This document shows, in pieces, positions 1-17,437 of a stretch of DNA of 20,299 nucleotides (position 1 is the stretch's first letter; every line of letters begins with the position of its first letter). This stretch comes from Eledone cirrhosa (lineage: Eukaryota). The DNA lies in NCBI GenBank assembly GCA_964016885.1, contig CAXHJY010000382.1:1-20299 (forward strand), written 5' to 3'. Both the position numbers and the translations under genes were made by a program. The notes under the pieces were generated by a model that saw nothing but the letters and a program-made list of their open reading frames with translations, was not told the DNA's origin and searched no databases.

Positions 1-86
1 ATATTTATATAAATTAAATTGAAGTGAAAGCAACTGGTGCGTGTGTTTCTTATTGGCAACATGACCCTCCCAAAGTATAACAATAT
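1..86 (+). mobile_element. 3' end of PLE family-A pseudo-LTR (cut by window edge)
   Basis: Near-identical to ~2612-2698 (AAATTAAATTGAAGTGAAAGCAACTGG...ATGACCCTCCCAAAGTATAACAAT) and to the reverse complement of 1864-1945; runs directly into (TA)n. Confidence 0.75.
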
Positions 87-161
87 GTATATATGTATAT
101 ATGTATATATGTATATATGTATATATGTATATATATATATATGTATATATGTATATATATA

Positions 162-194
<33 letters not shown>

Positions 195-285
195 ATATAT
201 ATATATGTATATATGTATATATATATATATATGTATATACATATATATATGTATATATGTATATATATATATGTATATATATATG

Positions 286-334
<49 letters not shown>

Positions 335-627
335 GTATATATATATGTATATATATATGTATATATATATATGTATATATATATGTATGTATATATATAT
401 GTATATATGTATATAAGTATATATATATATATGTATATATATATGTATATATATATGTATATATATATATGTATATATATATGTATGTATATATATATGT
501 ATATATGTATATAAGTATATATATATATGTATATATATATGTATATATGTATATATATATATGTATATATATGTGTATATATATATATATGTATATATAT
601 GTGTATATATATATATGTATATATATG

Positions 628-680
<53 letters not shown>

Positions 681-711
681 GTATATATATATATATGTAT
701 ATATATATATG

Positions 712-744
<33 letters not shown>

Positions 745-775
745 GTATATATATATGTATATATATATATATGTA
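87..775. repeat. (TA)n microsatellite with TG interruptions
   Basis: Directly visible; G interruptions on the + strand. Confidence 0.98.
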
Positions 776-913
776 TTAGAAAGTGAGGTTTTTTTTACAA
801 AATGAAAAATAACCGAGGTGTCCTACACGAGTGGAAGTATAAAGAAAAAGGGATGAAATCGAAAATGCAACTGAAGTCTTATTTTTTTTAAAAATATATA
901 TATTTATTTGGTT

Positions 914-951
914 CCTTTACCGGTTTCGCAGTTCTTCTGCTTTTCAAAAGG
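914..951 (-). ncRNA. Minimal type I hammerhead ribozyme, U3-A8 core variant
   Basis: Exact reverse complement of 1037-1074. Confidence 0.75.
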
Positions 952-1036
952 TGAGTTGAGATGGAGGGTCTGTGGTTTTTCTCACATCTGAGAGAAAAAC
1001 CACAGAGAAAAACAACAGACCCTCCATCTCAACTCA

Positions 1037-1074
1037 CCTTTTGAAAAGCAGAAGAACTGCGAAACCGGTAAAGG
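1037..1074 (+). ncRNA. Minimal type I hammerhead ribozyme, U3-A8 core variant
   Basis: CCTT (stem I) TTGAAAA (core) GCAG-AAGAA-CTGC (stem II) GAAA CCGG (palindromic stem III) TA AAGG (stem I'); predicted GUA cleavage after 1070. Confidence 0.78.
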
Positions 1075-1149
1075 AACCAAATAAATATATATATTTTTAA
1101 AAAAATAAGACTTCAGTTGCATTTTCGATTTCATCCCTTTTTCTTTATA

Positions 1150-1862
<713 letters not shown>

Positions 1863-1863
1863 G

Positions 1864-2204
1864 GTTATACTTTGGGAGGGTCATGTTGCCAATAAGAAAC
1901 ACACGCACCAGTTGCTTTCACTTCAATTTAATTTATTATATATTTATAAATTTACAAATTTATAAATTTCTGGTTGGTTGGTTGGTTCCACAACCAGATA
2001 GTTGTTTATATATATATATATAGTCATAGTTCTTTCGTCACACACTCTGTGACCTCTTCAGTGACTGGGGATTTCTTTCTTCGTTTCTGTGCCTTTCCTT
2101 TCTTCTATCCTACGCCATTTTCTTTCTGTGTGTGGGTTGCGTGCTCAGTTTGCGCATGCGCCACATCCGGGTGTCTGTGTGTGTTTGTGTTCATTTTTCT
2201 ATTT
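1864..2204 (-). mobile_element. PLE family-A pseudo-LTR, inverted copy
   Basis: Reverse complement of 2359-2693 with only a handful of differences; contains a hammerhead and the MTLPKYN ORF start. Confidence 0.8.
2021..2067 (-). ncRNA. Minimal type I hammerhead ribozyme
   Basis: Reverse complement of 2494-2540 except the outermost stem I base (CAGTCA/TGACTA, 5 bp). Confidence 0.8.
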
Positions 2205-2277
2205 TTTTATTTTTCTATTTATATATATATATTTTTTTTTAATCTTTTTTATATATATATGTATATATATATATGTA

Positions 2278-2364
2278 TCCACACACAAGAAAGACGCAAT
2301 GTTTAGGCAAATTACAGAGGCAGTAAGCATAGAAGTATTAAAACCAAAATTAAAAATTAAATAG
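2278..2364 (+). pseudogene. C-terminal remnant of a PLE GIY-YIG endonuclease
   Basis: STHKKDAMFRQITEAVSIEVLKPKLKIK* resembles the R-x-I-x-E-A-x-x-I...P-x-L(N) end of PLE GIY-YIG domains. Confidence 0.6.
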
Positions 2365-2392
2365 AAAAATGAACACAAACACACACAGACAC

Positions 2393-2448
2393 CCGGATGT
2401 GGCGCATGCGCAAACTGAGCACGCAACCCACACACAAACAAAATGGCG
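2393..2448 (+). promoter_or_regulatory. Putative pseudo-LTR promoter: ETS-, NRF1- and YY1-like motifs
   Basis: CCGGATGT (2393-2400), GCGCATGCGCA (2402-2412), CAAAATGGCG (2439-2448), ~45 nt upstream of the hammerhead; cores retained in the inverted copy. Confidence 0.45.
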
Positions 2449-2493
2449 TAGGATAGAAGAAAGGAAAGTCACAGAAACGAAGAAAGAAATCCC

Positions 2494-2540
2494 TAGTCAC
2501 TGAAGAGGTCACAGAGTGTGTGACGAAAGAACTATGACTA
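2494..2540 (+). ncRNA. Minimal type I hammerhead ribozyme
   Basis: TAGTCA (stem I) CTGAAGA G GTCACA-GAGTG-TGTGAC (stem II) GAAA GAAC TA TGACTA (stem I'); predicted CUA cleavage after 2534. Confidence 0.82.
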
Positions 2541-2672
2541 TATATATATAAACAGCTATCTGGTTGTGGAACCAACCAACCAACCAGAAATTTATAAATT
2601 TGTAAATTTATAAATATATAATAAATTAAATTGAAGTGAAAGCAACTGGTGCGTGTGTTTCTTATTGGCAAC

Positions 2673-2756
2673 ATGACCCTCCCAAAGTATAACAATATCG
2701 GTTTCAACACACGATTTCAGATAAAGAATCTTGCTAAAGAAATTCAGAAACGAAAT
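2673..2756 (+). pseudogene. Probable N-terminal stub of the family-A ORF (pseudo-LTR tail)
   Basis: ATG-initiated [28 protein letters not shown], open until it hits (TA)n; shorter versions start at 61 (+) and end at 1864 (-). Confidence 0.55.
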
Positions 2757-5657
<2,901 letters not shown>

Positions 5658-7301
5658 GACCGAACCGAACCTTTAAGGGTAAAGACCCCGCACTTTACCC
5701 TGAAGGACCATAAGGGAAACTTCCTCAACAAACCATCAGTCAGACTTATCAACCCCACTCGCTCTGACATCGGCTCTATCAGTAAGAAGATCCTGGATAG
5801 AGTTCTACCATTATTGCGGGCGGCCTCACCACTTCCACTCTGGAGTAGAACATCTGAGGCAATATCATGGTTCCAAGAATTACCCGATAAACACCACACT
5901 CGCTTCCTGCAACTCGACATAGAAAACTACTATGCCTCTATCTCGGAGCCCCTCCTGAAGGACGCAATTAACTTTGCCAGGAATTTTACCACCATTACCG
6001 ATGCCGAGCAAGTTATTATCCTCCACGCTCGTAAGACCTTTCTATACCACGATGGATCTTACTGGATCAACAAGAAATCTCAGACCCCATTTGACGTTAG
6101 CATGGGGGCGAGTGACTCGGCTGAAATTAGCGACCTTGTGGGCCTGTATATCCTACATAACCTGAAGAACCTCTTTACCGGCCTTACTGGAGGTTTATAC
6201 CGAGACGACGGCCTCTTCGCCCTGCATAAGGTTAGCCCCAGAACCACCGATGGGTTTCGGAAAAACTTAAGCTCTTTCTTCTCTAATCTAGGATTTAGTA
6301 TTACTATAGATTCTAATTTGACTAGGGCCAACTTCTTAGATGTCACTCTCGACCTAGATACTTCCCTCTATTACCCGTACCACAAACCTAACGAGTCCCT
6401 TAAATATATTAATGTTAATTCAAACCACCCCCAAAACATTACTGATAACCTAGTAAAAAGCGTCTCTATTAGAATATCTGGCCTCTCCGCCAACAAAGAT
6501 ATTTTTAATGCATCTGCCTCCTACTACAATGACGCCCTGGCCCGTAGCGGATTTAAAGATAAGATAACTTACCTAGAAACCACCGCAAAATTGCAGAGGA
6601 GGAATAGACATAGGCAGATTAGCTGGTACAACCCTCCCTTCAATAGAGAGGTATCTACTCCGATAGCTAGGATTTTCTTCACTTTACTGAAATTACACTT
6701 CCCCATACAACATAGGTACTACACCATCTTTAATAAGAACACTATAAGACTGTCTTACTCCACCACACCTAACCTAGCTAGGAATATAGCCAACCACAAC
6801 TCTAAACTAAATAAGCCAACCACCTCCGAAACCAATCCCCGGACTGGGGCTCTATGTAATTGCCTAAATAAGGAAACATGCCCACTAGAAAACAAATGCC
6901 TCACAAACGACATCGTATACAAATGCGATGTCATCTCGGGCACCGAGGATTGCAAAAAAACTTACATCGGCATGACCTCCAACACCTTTAAGACCCGCTG
7001 GTATGCCCATACCCACTCCTTCAGAAGACCGGATAAATCAAACCAAACAACACTCGCCTCCTACGTTTGGGACCTCAAAAGGAACTCCACCCCCTTCACG
7101 CTTAATTGGAAAATACTCCAGAAAGCGCGCTCTTACGACGGAGGACACAAGGGCTGCGACCTTTGTATTTCAGAGAGTTACGAAATTTTATTCGCCAAGG
7201 GCCCGCTACTGAACAAACTCTCTGAACACTGCCCGAACTGCATGCACAAGAACTTTGCAACATTCAAACACTTTAAGCCAGTGTTAAAGCCCGATGGCTA
7301 A
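5658..7301 (+). CDS. PLE reverse transcriptase + C-terminal GIY-YIG endonuclease (547 aa, 5'-truncated, no own start codon)
   Basis: RT motifs [44 protein letters not shown] (YRDD 6198-6209), NFLDVTL, YHKPN..NSNHP; Cys linker CNC..CPL..KC; IVY...YIGMT...KTRWYAH, CDLCISE, LLNK. No internal stop. The N-terminal YI-repeat in the ORF track is microsatellite read-through. Confidence 0.95.
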   Translation, partial: DRTEPLRVKTPHFTLKDHKGNFLNKPSVRLINPTRSDIGSISKKILDRVLPLLRAASPLPLWSRTSEAISWFQELPDKHHTRFLQLDIENYYASISEPLLKDAINFARNFTTITDAEQVIILHARKTFLYHDGSYWINKKSQTPFDVSMGASDSAEISDLVGLYILHNLKNLFTGLTGGLYRDDGLFALHKVSPRTTDGFRKNLSSFFSNLGFSITIDSNLTRANFLDVTLDLDTSLYYPYHKPNESLKYINVNSNHPQNITDNLVKSVSIRISGLSANKDIFNASASYYNDALARSGFKDKITYLETTAKLQRRNRHRQISWYNPPFNREVSTPIARIFFTLLKLHFPIQHRYYTIFNKNTIRLSYSTTPNLARNIANHNSKLNKPTTSETNPRTGALCNCLNKETCPLENKCLTNDIVYKCDVISGTEDCKKTYIGMTSNTFKTRWYAHTHSFRRPDKSNQTTLASYVWDLKRNSTPFTLNWKILQKARSYDGGHKGCDLCISESYEILFAKGPLLNKLSEHCPNCMHKNFATFKHFKPVLKPDG

Positions 7302-7429
7302 AAACGACCTCCCCCTATTGGCCCCTATACCTCCTCCCCACCCTACCCCCACCCCTCCTCAACCTGAAATACGGCCACTATGGTCATGTGAGTACCTCTT
7401 TTGTATCTACTTTTTCTGCCTGTAGAGGT

Positions 7430-7554
7430 GTCTTTATGTGCCTGTGTATATGCGTATATTTATTGAGTACCTATTTACTTGTATGTGTATATATTTGTTT
7501 GTATATGTGTATATGTGTATGTGTTGTGTGTGTATATATATATGTATGTGTATG

Positions 7555-7605
<51 letters not shown>

Positions 7606-7606
7606 T

Positions 7607-7637
<31 letters not shown>

Positions 7638-7746
7638 ATGTATATATGTGTATATATATATATGTTTGTGTGAATACGTGTTTTATGTGTGTATATTTAT
7701 GCAGTATATGTGTATATATATATATGTATGTGTATGTGTGTGTATG

Positions 7747-7807
<61 letters not shown>

Positions 7808-7824
7808 GTATATGTATATATATA

Positions 7825-7856
<32 letters not shown>

Positions 7857-7888
7857 CGTGTGCGTGTGCGTATGTGTGTATATGTGTG

Positions 7889-7919
<31 letters not shown>

Positions 7920-8129
7920 GTGTATATGTATGTGTTTGTGTGTATGTATATGTATATATGTGTGTATGTGTGTGTGTGTATGTGCGTATGTGTATGTATA
8001 TGTATGTGTATATGTATATGCATGCGTGTATATATATATATGTATATATATGTATATATATATATATATATGTATGTATGTGTATGTGTATGTGTGTGTA
8101 TGTATGTATTTGTATGTGTCTGTGTATAT

Positions 8130-8202
<73 letters not shown>

Positions 8203-8270
8203 CATGAGAGAGAGAATGTGTGTGTGTATATATATTTTGTGTGTGGGTGTGTGTATGTGTGTATGCACGC

Positions 8271-8312
<42 letters not shown>

Positions 8313-8340
8313 ATGTGTGTGTGTATGTGTGTGTGTATGC

Positions 8341-8394
<54 letters not shown>

Positions 8395-8634
8395 ATGTAT
8401 ATATGTGTGTGTATATGTGCGTTATATCTCTGTATATATATGTGTATATTTATGTATAGGTCTGTGTATGCATGTGTATGTTTGTGTATGTATGGATATA
8501 TATATATATATATATGTGTATATATATATATATATGTGTACATGTGTATATGTATATATATATATATATGTATTTGTATGTGTGTGTTTAGAGAGATATA
8601 TATATATGTATGTATATATGTGTGTGTGTATGTA

Positions 8635-8688
<54 letters not shown>

Positions 8689-8700
8689 TGTGTGTATATG

Positions 8701-8737
<37 letters not shown>

Positions 8738-8940
8738 GTGTATATGTGTGTGTATGTATGTGTGTATATGTATGTGTATATATATATATAAATATATATG
8801 TGTGTGTATGTGTGTGTGTATAGATATTTATACATATGTATACTCGAGTTTGTATGTATGCGTGTGAGTGTATTTACTTGTGTATATATGTGTGTATGTG
8901 TGTATGTATGTGTATGTGTGTGTGTATCCGTGTGTGTGTG

Positions 8941-8973
<33 letters not shown>

Positions 8974-8978
8974 GTATG

Positions 8979-9015
<37 letters not shown>

Positions 9016-9120
9016 GTATATATATGTTTGTGTGTATATATATATGTGTATATATATATGTATGTATGTGTGTGTGTGTGTATGTGTGTATATATATATA
9101 TGTGTATATATGTATATATA

Positions 9121-9192
<72 letters not shown>

Positions 9193-9480
9193 GTGTGCGT
9201 ATGTATATGTGTATATGTATTTTATATATGTATGTATGTATGTATGTGTGTATGTATGTGCGTGTACATGAATATATATTTGATATATATTTATATACTT
9301 TTTTTATACATGTGTGTGTGTTTTTATGTGTGTATTTGTGTTTATGTGTGTGTTTTTGGTTGCGCGTAAGTGTGTGAGTGAGTATGTGTGTTTTTTTGGT
9401 TTTTTTTAGGTGTGTTTTTTTTTGTTTTTTTTTGTTTTTCTGTTTTTTTGGGTTTTTTGGGTTTTTTTTGTTTTTTTGTG
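7430..9480. repeat. Mixed (TA)n/(TG)n low-complexity tract ending in T-rich (TnG) repeats
   Basis: Directly visible; much richer in TG and CG than the other tracts. Confidence 0.92.
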
Positions 9481-9846
9481 AATGTGTCTGTTGATTTGGC
9501 ATATTGTTGATTAGTTTAAGAGAAGTTCGAAGATAATAGTAAGATATGCACTCAGTATTTTGAATCTGTCTGCAGAATTCCCTAGACCTTTGTCACTTAG
9601 CAGAATTTAATGACTTTAGCTTTTAAAGAATCTCCCTTTTCTTTAATTCTATCGAGCATGAATGACCCCCCACTGATTTTATAGACATCTGCTAGCTTAA
9701 GAGAAACTTATTGACAAGGAATGGTATGCCATCCGGAACCTGTTTATAGAATTCTGTCTGCCTTTGTTACTCTAAAAACATAAATAAATATAAATTAACT
9801 ATAGCTATGTAGAATTAGCCTTTAATGAATTTCCCTTCTCTATCAA

Positions 9847-9906
9847 CCAATGACCTGCCCATCCCACTCCCCACCCTCTCCTACCACTTGTAGAGACCTA
9901 TAAATA
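9847..9906 (+). promoter_or_regulatory. Putative pseudo-LTR promoter (CCAAT box + TATA box)
   Basis: CCAAT 9847-9851, C-rich spacer, TATAAATA 9899-9906, ~22 nt before the hammerhead. Confidence 0.55.
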
Positions 9907-9927
9907 CCATATTTATTTTTGATACCC

Positions 9928-9978
9928 AGATTCCTGATGATTTCTAATGAATGAAACAGTTCTAGTCCTGTAGAATCT
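9928..9978 (+). ncRNA. Type I hammerhead ribozyme
   Basis: AGATTC (stem I) CTGATGA T-TTC-TAAT-GAA-T (stem II) GAAA CAG-TTCTAGTC-CTG (stem III) TA GAATCT (stem I'); predicted GUA cleavage after 9972. Confidence 0.85.
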
Positions 9979-10060
9979 CATCTATATTAAAACTATTATA
10001 CTCTGCTATGTATTGAGTACCTTACTTACTGTGGTTACCTCCGATTCAACCCGGAATAAC

Positions 10061-10107
10061 GTATATGTATATATATATGTATATATATATATGTATATAT
10101 ATATATG

Positions 10108-10154
<47 letters not shown>

Positions 10155-10189
10155 GTATATATATATGTATATATATGTATATATATATG

Positions 10190-10242
<53 letters not shown>

Positions 10243-10255
10243 GTATATGTATATG

Positions 10256-10288
<33 letters not shown>

Positions 10289-10302
10289 GTATATGTATAT
10301 TA
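10061..10302. repeat. (TA)n/TATG microsatellite
   Basis: Directly visible. Confidence 0.97.
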
Positions 10303-10910
10303 TGTCAGGTCACCAGTTGGTGCTACTGGTAACATGTATCCCAGTACAACCTGTCTCTGGTCGGGTCGTTGGCGACTAAACTGGCAACCCCACCAAGGTT
10401 TCTTGGTGAGGAGGGTGACCTTTGGACATCCTGCAGGACTAAAAACAAAACCTGTCAAAGGGGCAAAGGAGCTCTTAAGAGTCAATGGCCATCCAAAATC
10501 ACCGGGAGAGATGACCCCTTAGCTTTGTCAAGGGCAGAATTCTAGGAGAAGAAAACTCTGATATAACACCTGCAACCCTGATGGTATCCAATGATGTTGA
10601 CTTGTTCTTCTTTTTGGTAAATATCATCTTGGTTGAGAGAGTGGGACTGGCTTTGTGCAGTGCCTTTGCTCACTATAAAAGCTTCACGGCACAGGCATTG
10701 CTTTATATCTGGAGATCTCTCTGCACTTGTCGTCACATGGTACCATGGGCCCAACACTATGTGTCAATAATTGTCACAAGTGTAGTCTTTGTACCAGAGT
10801 TTTCAAGTCGCTGGCTGGACTAAAAAGTCACTCGTTCAGCGCATCAGTAGGGGTTCTCCTACATGGATATAAAGTAGTGGCCGTACTCGAAAACGAGTTG
10901 GCAGCCACCA
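10303..10910 (+). mobile_element. Non-autonomous RTE-clade LINE derivative (SINE-like, internally deleted)
   Basis: RTE-type 5' UTR motif GGAGAAGAAAACTCTGA; C-terminal C2H2 remnant [19 protein letters not shown]/(shift)RSAHQ* (10775-10850); 3' stem-loop ACTCG-AAAA-CGAGT (10885-10898) within GTGGC/GCCAC, then (TA)n; no EN or RT coding. Confidence 0.7.
10341..10384 (+). ncRNA. HDV-like ribozyme core (candidate, possibly incomplete)
   Basis: P2 CCAGT/ACTGG, P3 AC/GT around a CC-containing loop, GG for P1.1, P4 TCG-TTGG-CGA, J4/2 CTAA; no clean P1 5' strand seen. Confidence 0.4.
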
Positions 10911-15280
<4,370 letters not shown>

Positions 15281-16204
15281 ATCACTGACATCATCAAACA
15301 CAGCAACATTAAAATTTTCGCTGATGATTCCAAGCTCCAAAAGGTCATCAATGGCGTGGATGACCGGATAAGCCTTCAGTCAGACCTACTGGCTGTTTTC
15401 CAATGGGCAGAATAGAACAACATGTTACTGAACGAAGACAAATTCGAACTGATCCACTTTGGAAAAGAGGACGCTCTGAAACTCCCGTACTCCCTTCCCT
15501 CCGGGGAAACTCTCGTGGCATCTAACAACATCAGAGACTTGGGAGTAACCGTAGACAGCAACATAAGCTGGACCACGCATATAAGCAGCAAAGTTGACAT
15601 GGCCCGCAGAATGTGTTCCTGGATCCTCAGAACCTTCCAGTCGAGAGATTCCCGCACCATTATCCTTCTCTTCTCTACTTTCGCCCGACCACACCTTGAA
15701 TACTGTTGTCCACCGTGGTCTCCCCACACGAAACAAAGTATCATGAAACTTGAAGCTCCTCAAAGGGCAATCACGAAAAAGATAGATGGTATGTCAGACC
15801 TTGACTACTGGGGTCGATTAGAAAACCTGAAACTTTACTCACTCCAACGTCGCCGTGAGCGTTATATTATCTGCATGATGTGGAAAATGTTCCATCATCG
15901 CTGCCCAAATGATGTTGGCATCGCCTTCAAGATACACCCAAGGCTTGGGCCCCGTGCTATCCGTCCCATTCAAAAATCTAAATCGCAACTCATAACAACA
16001 ATACGGTACAATTATTTCACCTCAATCGGCCCTGCTCTCTTCAACATCACACCAGGACACGTCAAAACAGAAACTGACCACACAAAATTCAAGAAGTCTT
16101 TGGACAAATTCCTCCAAGTAATCCCGGACAAACCACCCACACCCGAATATGTCTCCGCAAACAGTAATTCTCTTCTCGAATGGGCCATGGTGCCCAAATC
16201 CTGA
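15281..16204 (+). pseudogene. LINE ORF2 reverse transcriptase C-terminal fragment with premature stop
   Basis: [44 protein letters not shown]; in-frame TAG at 15413-15415. Confidence 0.92.
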
Positions 16205-16289
16205 ATTGAAAGACTTCGCCAGGTGGTGCTATTAAGTTAGACATGGCCTGGGCCAATACTGGCCAACACATTTCAAAGTTATTCAAAGT

Positions 16290-16291
<2 letters not shown>
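15281..16291 (+). mobile_element. 5'-truncated CR1-group LINE
   Basis: RT C-terminal half, 3' UTR with TGGCC..GGCCA inverted repeats and a (TTCAAAGTTA)x2 tail running into (TA)n. Confidence 0.88.
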
Positions 16292-16957
<666 letters not shown>

Positions 16958-17074
16958 GCAGTTGGATAGCAGTTGAGCAGTTGAAGTATAAGGACGTGTT
17001 TTTACTTCTCTCCCCGAGTAAGCAGCAAGTCACACAGCCACAAAACAAAACCACAAGACAAAACCAAACAAACA

Positions 17075-17175
17075 AAAATTGACCGGTTAATACATTTACA
17101 TACATCTATATTATTATATATTTGAAAATTGACCGGTTAATACATTTTTCATACATCTATATTATTATATATTTG
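17075..17175 (+). repeat. ~50 bp tandem duplication in LINE 5' UTR
   Basis: AAAATTGACCGGTTAATACATTT...CATACATCTATATTATTATATATTTG at 17075 and again at 17125. Confidence 0.9.
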
Positions 17176-17437
17176 AAACCACGTGTTTTCGAACTTGTGA
17201 GTACATTTTCCTTTAACTACAAATTATTATTATATACTTTCGTCTTTTCATTAACTTAATTAATTTCAAATAACCAGAATATACATATATATATATATAT
17301 ATACTCATATTTATATATATACTCTTCTCACTCACACACAAGAAAAACAAAAAACAAAAATAAATCAAAAATAAATTAAAAAAAAATATATATATATTGA
17401 AATACTTAACTAAAACACACACACACTCAAAACTAGA

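Larger units (their letters stand above)
776..1149. mobile_element. Inverted (head-to-head) pseudo-LTR pair of a PLE-like family B
   Basis: 838-983 is the near-perfect reverse complement of 1005-1149; each arm carries a minimal hammerhead; the left arm extends ~60 nt further (776-837); both outer ends abut (TA)n. Confidence 0.7.
2278..2756 (+). mobile_element. Heavily 5'-truncated PLE family A (EN C-terminus + pseudo-LTR + ORF-start tail)
   Basis: The order EN C-terminal peptide, stop, promoter motifs, hammerhead, new ATG ORF start is the partial-tandem pseudo-LTR layout of PLEs; flanked by TA repeats. Confidence 0.75.
5658..10060 (+). mobile_element. 5'-truncated endonuclease-positive Penelope-like retroelement (family C, possibly Nematis-like)
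   Basis: RT-GIY-YIG ORF, then simple-repeat 3' region, CCAAT/TATA and hammerhead; TATG-type microsatellite on both sides. Linking 9500-10060 to the ORF is inferred from orientation and PLE architecture. Confidence 0.75.

Noticed and set aside
9500-9780. Protein-like minus-strand fragments (e.g. ADVYKISGGSFMLDRIKEKGDSLKAKVIKF)
   Set aside because: Short, needing several frameshifts, with no recognisable motif.
5658-10060. Selenoprotein/SECIS as in Naiad PLEs
   Set aside because: No in-frame TGA, the ORF ends in TAA, and the endonuclease is C-terminal.
15322-15345. CTGATGA hammerhead-like core
   Set aside because: It encodes the FADD RT motif; no stem II/GAAA/stem I follows.
17197-17436. Intron in LINE 5' UTR (GTGAGT ... 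CTAG before ATG)
   Set aside because: No polypyrimidine tract at the acceptor; unsupported without transcripts.
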